NCBI GenBank assembly: GCA_035506195.1
Contig: DATJPV010000025.1
Location: forward strand, 22,494 to 86,493
Direction: 5' to 3'
Source: Patescibacteria group bacterium
Lineage (GTDB): Bacteria > Omnitrophota > Gorgyraeia > Gygaellales > Profunditerraquicolaceae
Length of the DNA: 64,000 nucleotides
Positions 58,133 through 64,000 of this stretch are shown piece after piece. The notes below the pieces were generated by a model, which was not told where the DNA came from, made no database searches, and saw only the letters and a program-made list of their open reading frames with translations. The translations under genes were made by a program, and so were the position numbers. How positions within the stretch are numbered: position 1 is the stretch's first letter; each line of letters begins with the position of its first letter.

Positions 58133-59577
58133 CGAGCCATCCCCAGCATGCCTGCGGTGACTGCCTGAGCAAATCCGGCAGGATAATTGATAAAGATCCC
58201 GCTCAAGAGCGAAAGCAGGGCCAACAGGGCCACGCTTGCCACCATCACGGGGCTGGACTCTTTCGGCCAGGGAGCCTGCGCCTGGCCGAGGAATACCAGA
58301 TTGAATACCCTGAACAGATACAGGATCGTCAAGAACGCGCAGAGCAGGAACGCAAAACTGATCCAGAGCTGCCCTGCTTCGATCGCTCCGGCAAAGACCA
58401 GATATTTGCTGAAGAACCCTCCGAACGGCGGTATCCCCATGACGGAAAACGCACAGCACAAAAACGATACCGCGGTTACCGGCATGGTAGTAATGAGCCC
58501 GCCGAGCTTGGTGATGTCCCTGATCTTGGTGTTCTGCTCGATGATCCCTGCGCAGAGGAACAGCCCTGCCTTGGCGATACCGTGCATGAGTATGTACAAC
58601 AGGCCTCCGGCAACCGCCATGAGGTTACCTACGGCCAAGCCGAAGAAAATGAAACCTATCTGGCTGATCGTAGAATAGGCGATGAGCCGTTTCAAGTCTG
58701 TTTCTACCAGCGCCGCTCCCGCGGAAACGATTGCGCTGGCCAGCGCGATGACCGGCACCGCCGTATGCCAGAAAGCGGCAACCGGGAATGTGACGACAAA
58801 AAGCCGGGCGAACACATACACGCCTATCTTAACCAGGATCGCGGCGTGCAGCAACGCGGTGACCGGAGAAGGCGCCACGCCGGCATCAGGCAGCCAGGTA
58901 TGAAAGGGCAGGGTTGCGGACTTGGAGAATATGCCGACCAGGATCAACAGGACCGTAAGGCCGGTCAGAGAACCTCCCTTAAGGCTTGCCTTTATGGCGG
59001 AAAATTCAAACGAGCCGGCCTGCTGGTAGATAATGATGAACCCGATAAGCATGGCCAGGGCGCCGAAAACGGTGACCAGGAATGCCTTGTCGGCCTTCAA
59101 CACATACTCCTTCTCCCGGAAAAACCCGATCAAGCGCCAGCTGGTTATCGCGGTGATCTCCCAGAATATATACAATAGGATCAGGTGCGCGGCAAAGATC
59201 AGCCCCATCATCGCGCCGATGAACAGGGTTACCATGGAATAATACTCATTCTGGTTTTCGTAATGGCTGATATAGCCGAAGGAATACAGCACGATTATCG
59301 CGCTGATCAAAGAGGAGACGCAGGCCATGAATACCGCAAGGCCGTCCGCAAGGAAGACAAGGCTTATCCCGGGTACAAGCGGTATGTTGACCGGGATCGC
59401 TTCATTGCGCAATACGGGCGCGATCATCCGCAGGGAAGCGGCAAAAGGAACGAGGATAAAGCCTAACGCCAGCGCATTCCTGAGCCGTAAGGAGACCCTG
59501 CCTGCCAGGGGAAGGATACATGCCCCTGCAAGCGGCACGAACACCGCGCTCAACAGCAACAGATCATATCTGACCAT
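58129..59577 (-). CDS. Mrp-antiporter-like subunit (NuoL/M-like), first gene of the hydrogenase operon
   Basis: FWE, KSATLPFHTWLPDA, APSPVTALLHAA, KRLIAYSTISQ, GIPPFGGFFSK. Confidence 0.85.
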   Translation of the reverse strand: MVRYDLLLLSAVFVPLAGACILPLAGRVSLRLRNALALGFILVPFAASLRMIAPVLRNEAIPVNIPLVPGISLVFLADGLAVFMACVSSLISAIIVLYSFGYISHYENQNEYYSMVTLFIGAMMGLIFAAHLILLYIFWEITAITSWRLIGFFREKEYVLKADKAFLVTVFGALAMLIGFIIIYQQAGSFEFSAIKASLKGGSLTGLTVLLILVGIFSKSATLPFHTWLPDAGVAPSPVTALLHAAILVKIGVYVFARLFVVTFPVAAFWHTAVPVIALASAIVSAGAALVETDLKRLIAYSTISQIGFIFFGLAVGNLMAVAGGLLYILMHGIAKAGLFLCAGIIEQNTKIRDITKLGGLITTMPVTAVSFLCCAFSVMGIPPFGGFFSKYLVFAGAIEAGQLWISFAFLLCAFLTILYLFRVFNLVFLGQAQAPWPKESSPVMVASVALLALLSLLSGIFINYPAGFAQAVTAGMLGMAR

Positions 59578-59590
59578 CTTTTACCTTAAT

Positions 59591-59622
59591 AAAAAGAAAA
59601 CCAGAGAAGTAGTTCTCTGGTT
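59591..59622 (-). terminator. Intrinsic terminator-like hairpin in the hydrogenase leader
   Basis: Minus strand reads AACCAGAGAA-CTAC-TTCTCTGGTT-TTCTTTTT. Confidence 0.7.
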
Positions 59623-59650
59623 ACTTCTTCTCATCCATTTTATGTAGGTA

Positions 59651-59678
59651 AATATATCACAAAACGCGCTTTTGTCAA
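59651..59678 (-). promoter_or_regulatory. Sigma70 promoter of the hydrogenase operon
   Basis: TTGACA-16 nt-TATATT with an extended -10 TG, overlapped by an ACAAAA-N5-TTTTGT inverted repeat. Confidence 0.55.
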
Positions 59679-59685
59679 ATTGTTT

Positions 59686-60978
59686 TCAAGACTTGTTCTC
59701 GCAGGCGCCCTGCCGTGATTGCGCGGGATCCCGGGAGAATATCCAGTCGGAAACCGCGCTGGCCCGCTGCGCCTGTTGAACTGCCTTGATAAACGCCTGG
59801 TCGCGGCGGAACAAGCGGAAAAACGCGGCGGCATAGGAGGCGATCAGGCGGCCCAGGCGAAATACATAACACAGATATATCTTCGGGGAAGAAACCGGCA
59901 CCGGATACATGCGCGCCAGGTTCTCCTTTGAGGGAAAGGCCTTTCTAAAAAAGGCCGAAACCCGGCTTCCGGCCCCTTTCATTTTCTGTATGTTTGAAAG
60001 TTGATTGATCCTCATTACGGCTTGCTGGCCTGATGAACCCACATCAAGGACTTGCCTGAGGGCCTCATCGAGAAAAACAGGCCGGTAATCAGGGGGTTTT
60101 ATTACTTGCAGTATTTCATCCGGCGGCGCCGCTTCCAGCAATTCCCGGACCAACAGCAACACCAGGTACACGCACTTTTGGCCGCCCCAACGCGTGGCCC
60201 GTTCAGCCACGATGCGCCAGTCGATCTTAACTGCGGATGTTCTTATCAATTCGGCCAAGTCGCATAAATGGATCAGGCATAATTCGGTCTCCAGGTGCAC
60301 ACACGCATGGATGCACAAATGCAGGAAGAGGTCCTCCGGTGACAAAGCCAGGGCATCTAACGCGTCTACCTTGATAAGGCGCGCCCTCTCCCAGACTCCG
60401 TCAAGGTCTACTTTTATGGGGCTATCCGTAGTCACGATGTCCCAGTGCAGCTCGATAACCGTCCCCCTCTTATTCGTAAAAAGCGGCAGGTGATGGTAGA
60501 TCTTCCGCGTGCTCTCCCAGGCAGGAAAGTCCTGGCGATAACCGAGATCCAATAATATCCGGCCGGCCTTGACCAGGTCTTCCTCTTTCACTAAAAAATC
60601 CATATCGCACATCGGCCTTAACGCAATATCGCCATAGATGTTTTTTGCCAGACAAAGGCCCTTGAGCGCAATGACCGGCACTTGATTGCCGGCCAGAGAC
60701 GCAAGGATGCCTGCGGCATCGAAAAAAAGGTTCATGTTTATAACCGCGCGGTTGCGGTATTCTTCCTTGAGCCTGTTGCGGACGGCATCCGGGATAAGCC
60801 CGGCCGGAATATTGCGGGACTTTATCTGCCGATAGAACAACCCTGCCACCCTGGAATATTGGGACAGGGCGACCAGGCCCTCCCAATCAACCGGCGATAA
60901 TTCTGCCAGACTTGCGTGCGGTATTTCTCTGCCGGAAAGGAAATTACATAAAAGCCTGCAGGCTTCTCTTTTTTCCAT
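59686..60978 (-). CDS. Uncharacterised nucleotidyltransferase family protein (NTP_transf_5-like)
   Basis: LKG...Y...LRPMCDMDFLV, IELHW, LHLCIH, LCDL...IDW. Confidence 0.82.
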   Translation of the reverse strand: MEKREACRLLCNFLSGREIPHASLAELSPVDWEGLVALSQYSRVAGLFYRQIKSRNIPAGLIPDAVRNRLKEEYRNRAVINMNLFFDAAGILASLAGNQVPVIALKGLCLAKNIYGDIALRPMCDMDFLVKEEDLVKAGRILLDLGYRQDFPAWESTRKIYHHLPLFTNKRGTVIELHWDIVTTDSPIKVDLDGVWERARLIKVDALDALALSPEDLFLHLCIHACVHLETELCLIHLCDLAELIRTSAVKIDWRIVAERATRWGGQKCVYLVLLLVRELLEAAPPDEILQVIKPPDYRPVFLDEALRQVLDVGSSGQQAVMRINQLSNIQKMKGAGSRVSAFFRKAFPSKENLARMYPVPVSSPKIYLCYVFRLGRLIASYAAAFFRLFRRDQAFIKAVQQAQRASAVSDWIFSRDPAQSRQGACENKS

Positions 60979-62122
60979 GGGATATTTTGAACCCTAGCCT
61001 CTTTATGGTTTTTGATGCCGCGGCGGCGGCTAACCGAAAGAACCCTTCCTTACCCCAGTACAACCGCAGGAATTCCATAAATGCGGATATACTCTTTTTT
61101 TTCTTGGCATAGATCAGGTAGCGATAAAAATTGGCCGGCAGCATGCCCGTGATGTCATTGCTGTTGGTTTCCGCCCGCCAGGCCATGCGCTCGATTTCGG
61201 AGACCCGGGCCGCTGCGAACTCCCGGAGCACTTCCTGCGGGACGAGGATACCGACCAACTCATTCAAATAATCCGAGTTGTTTTTTACCGATAAGGAAAA
61301 AGACATCTTTTGGGCGTATCCGATCAGCCGCTGCCAATCGATCGGCGCCCGGATGTCGTTTAACAGCAGGGCCGCGTCAGCTACCCAGCGCAGATCGGCG
61401 CCGCCGTCTCTTCGGCCGCGGCGCATTAATATATACAACAACTGGTCCGTGGGGTTCAGGACGCGTACCGGCAGGCTGTCAAATTGCATTGCCAGGGAAT
61501 CTCTCCAGAAATCATCTTCGGCACCGGCTACGCAATATCCGCGGAACAGGCGCCAATGCAGGTCAAGATCGTGTCCTTGCGCGTCCCGAAAACCGCGCGC
61601 ATCCCGGACGCTCTGGGTGAGCCGGTTAAGCGGCCAATCCTGAAGCGGCTGCCAGCCCGCACCCGAAAGAAGCTCAACGGCACGCGGAAGGTCTGCCTGC
61701 CGGATCATGACATCGAAATCCGTCATCGAACGCAGGCCGCAATCTTTGTAATAAAATAAGGCTAACGGCGCTCCCCCGATGATCATCGTCGCGATCCCGG
61801 TATTCTCCAATAGACACAGCGCCGAATGCATGGCGTGGAACAACATCTGGTTTTTATACCAGGCCTGCCGATAGACCCCTTTAAGCCTTTCTAAGTCCCG
61901 GTCCTGGACGCCGTGAAAAACAAGGTTTTTATAAAGAAGCGGCAATATCCGGAAAGAGTTCCTGTCGATGTTGCCGATATCAACGCGGGACTTGAATTCA
62001 TCCCAGGCCCCCAGCGCCTCTTTGGTCTTCAGGAGGCTGGCGCGTAAAAGCAGTTCCTGGTCCGGGGTGAATGAGGATTTATCGCGGAACAGCGTAGGGG
62101 TTGTTGGTCCCATATTTTTCAT
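60944..62122 (-). CDS. Second NTP_transf_5-like nucleotidyltransferase
   Basis: LPLLY, RSMTDFDVMI, LDLHW, RWVADA, IDW. Confidence 0.8.
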   Translation of the reverse strand: MKNMGPTTPTLFRDKSSFTPDQELLLRASLLKTKEALGAWDEFKSRVDIGNIDRNSFRILPLLYKNLVFHGVQDRDLERLKGVYRQAWYKNQMLFHAMHSALCLLENTGIATMIIGGAPLALFYYKDCGLRSMTDFDVMIRQADLPRAVELLSGAGWQPLQDWPLNRLTQSVRDARGFRDAQGHDLDLHWRLFRGYCVAGAEDDFWRDSLAMQFDSLPVRVLNPTDQLLYILMRRGRRDGGADLRWVADAALLLNDIRAPIDWQRLIGYAQKMSFSLSVKNNSDYLNELVGILVPQEVLREFAAARVSEIERMAWRAETNSNDITGMLPANFYRYLIYAKKKKSISAFMEFLRLYWGKEGFFRLAAAAASKTIKRLGFKISHGKKRSLQAFM

Positions 62123-63785
62123 TCACGCTGCGAGGCACCAAATGCCCGTCCCTTAACAGGTAGGCGCATTGGGCCTGTTCTAATATCTCCGTATCGTGGC
62201 TGATGACGAGCTTTGCCATGGAGCGGTCAAGCTTGGCGAGATTCCCTAATATCTGCTGGATGATCTCGCGTTCAAGGTGGTTCGTGGGCTCATCGAGGAT
62301 CAGGAATCTTGGTTTACCCAACAATGCCCTGGCAATGGCGATGCGCTGGCGCTGGCCGCCCGAAAGAAGCATCCCGTTTTCGCCCGCATACGTCTCATAC
62401 CCGCGGGGTAATTCCTGAATAAACCCGTGGGCCAACGCCGTTTCTGCGGCCTGCGCAACTTCTTTCAAGCTTGCGCCGGGACAACCGTAGGTGATATTCT
62501 GCAGGATCGTGCCGGGGAAGATAATCGGCTCCTGCCGGACCACCCGCATGACCCTGCGCAGCTGTGCGATATCCAGCTCGTCATAAGAAAAAGCATCCGC
62601 CAGCAGCTGCCCCTTTTGCGGGCGGTAGAACCCAAGGATAAGATTGACGATCGTGCTCTTGCCTGCGCCGCTTGGGCCCGAAAGGACCACGGTCTGGCCC
62701 GAGAGAATTTCGAGATTGACATCCTCGAATAAGGGCCGGCCTTTCTCGTTATACTGGAAGGAAACATGTTCAAGGGCGATCCTTCCCTTGAAATAGATGC
62801 GCTTTTTCCCTGAATAGGGCGTCGGCTCGTTTATTTCGAACCAGGAATGGAGCGTCTCCAGCGACTCCCTGCCCTCGCTGACGAAAGGCGCTGCGGCAAA
62901 TATCATTTGAAGCTGGCCGCGCAAAAGGGCGACCGCGGTGTAAAAAGACAGGAATTCCCCCAGGGACATTTTCTTCGAAACCACCAGGATCCCTCCGCCG
63001 ACCAGGACCACCGCACCGGAACAGGCAACCAAAGTGCTTTGAATGATACTGTACATATTGTTCATCCATTCCTTGTGCTGGCCTGCGTAGCGTAATTTTT
63101 CGATGTATGTCCGCTGCCTCGCCATCTCATCCTGCTCGGCGGATTGGGTCCTTGTCAGATCCATCATCTGCAGCGTAAATAATATGCCTTTGCTGAATGT
63201 TTCGAAAGAGCGGTGAAAAATACGGACACGCCTCTGCACGAGCCTGCCCGCTATCTTACCCGTCAGAAATAATAACGGAACAAAAAGGCTCATCAGGACG
63301 AACAAAAACCAGTTAAAGTGTATCAGGATAACGCTGATGGCTATGCAGACTAAAAAAGCCGGGAGGATCTGGGAAAAAAGCGCCCGGTTCATATTATCGA
63401 GGCGCTCCGTATCCTGCACCACGATAGCGTGCAGCTTGCTGCGGTCCAGATCGCTATAAAAATAACGCGGGAAGATATAGAATTTCTGAAGGATTTCGTT
63501 TCGCAGCCGCTGGATGACTACCTTGGTGATGCTGGTGGTCGCTTTGCGCACGCCCAAGAGGATCGCCGAGCTTACCATATAGAGCAAAATAATGACACAT
63601 CCCACCGCCACCAGGGTGTACAGCCGGCCGGTCGAAGCCGTAGCGTCGAAGGCATAGCGGATCAGAATAAGAACCGCCATGTTCACCAGCGCCTGGGCTC
63701 CCGAAAAAAGCATCGCCAGCGAAAGCCTCGCAGCGCTACCTTTATAGAAGCGATAATAATAACGCCCCAACTGAAGGTTTGTCAT
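62079..63785 (-). CDS. ABC exporter, fused permease/ATPase
   Basis: N-terminal TM domain, GPSGAGKST, LSGGQRQRIAIARA, LDEPT. Confidence 0.9.
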   Translation of the reverse strand: MTNLQLGRYYYRFYKGSAARLSLAMLFSGAQALVNMAVLILIRYAFDATASTGRLYTLVAVGCVIILLYMVSSAILLGVRKATTSITKVVIQRLRNEILQKFYIFPRYFYSDLDRSKLHAIVVQDTERLDNMNRALFSQILPAFLVCIAISVILIHFNWFLFVLMSLFVPLLFLTGKIAGRLVQRRVRIFHRSFETFSKGILFTLQMMDLTRTQSAEQDEMARQRTYIEKLRYAGQHKEWMNNMYSIIQSTLVACSGAVVLVGGGILVVSKKMSLGEFLSFYTAVALLRGQLQMIFAAAPFVSEGRESLETLHSWFEINEPTPYSGKKRIYFKGRIALEHVSFQYNEKGRPLFEDVNLEILSGQTVVLSGPSGAGKSTIVNLILGFYRPQKGQLLADAFSYDELDIAQLRRVMRVVRQEPIIFPGTILQNITYGCPGASLKEVAQAAETALAHGFIQELPRGYETYAGENGMLLSGGQRQRIAIARALLGKPRFLILDEPTNHLEREIIQQILGNLAKLDRSMAKLVISHDTEILEQAQCAYLLRDGHLVPRSVNEKYGTNNPYAVPR

Positions 63786-64000
63786 TACAGGATCCCCTTT
63801 TTTCGTTTTCTATCCAAAGAGGCCTTGATAAATCGGACATATTCACTGCGGTCGTGGCGCTTGATAATGCCCGTATTGGCGTCATGGATGCGCCGCTTTA
63901 CCAGTACGTCAGGCAGCAGGGCGCTCTTCAGACCCGCCTCCTGCGCCTTCATATACCAGTCGATGAACTGGCCGAGCCTGCAGGAAACATCAAAAGTCCC
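63785..64000 (-). CDS. GT2 glycosyltransferase, C-terminal fragment (starts beyond the window)
   Basis: Manual translation GTFDVSCRLGQFIDWYMKAQEAG...LPDVLVKRRIHDAN...KGIL*. Stop overlaps the ABC gene ATG. Confidence 0.65.
   Translation of the reverse strand, partial: GTFDVSCRLGQFIDWYMKAQEAGLKSALLPDVLVKRRIHDANTGIIKRHDRSEYVRFIKASLDRKRKKGIL

Noticed and set aside
50259-59577. NADH dehydrogenase (nuo) operon
   Set aside because: The large subunit keeps both NiFe CxxC motifs and a cleavable tail, a maturation protease is present, and nuoEFG is absent.
59645-59662. Rex operator-like TTGTGATATATTTACCTA in the hydrogenase promoter
   Set aside because: Only the left half matches TTGTGAA-N4-TTCACAA, which is too weak to call.

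Overview
Bacterial window of moderately high GC, mostly on the minus strand, from a diderm anaerobe. The gene mix resembles Ca. Omnitrophota/PVC lineages, but that assignment is inference only. From left to right it holds: pstSCA; a DEAD-box helicase; a cobalamin-riboswitch-controlled B12 uptake/salvage operon (btuF-btuC-btuD-cobC-cobU-cobT-cobS-DUF71-btuB) that ends in an orphan DNA-modification-type radical SAM gene; a ~21-kb cell-envelope modification island; secreted or surface beta-proteins, including an inverse autotransporter with a beta-helix passenger; a group 4 membrane-bound [NiFe]-hydrogenase operon extended by dedA-exbB-exbD and a KimA-like permease; and the tail of a GT2/ABC exporter/two-nucleotidyltransferase cluster. 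The island carries an AMP-ligase, an ACP, a BtrK-like PLP decarboxylase, an MBOAT, an SGNH domain split by 16 TPRs, three B12-dependent radical SAMs, a Tes/MJ0619-like radical SAM, a TMTC-like GT-C, a flippase, a methyltransferase, an amino-acid dehydrogenase, a GT2 and an FAD oxidoreductase. The best candidate for an undescribed system is the Dlt-like ACP-tethered decarboxylation and trans-membrane acylation module embedded in this putative B12-dependent protein-glycosylation island. No tRNA, rRNA, CRISPR array or IS element was seen. All calls come from motif recognition by eye; no database searches were run.
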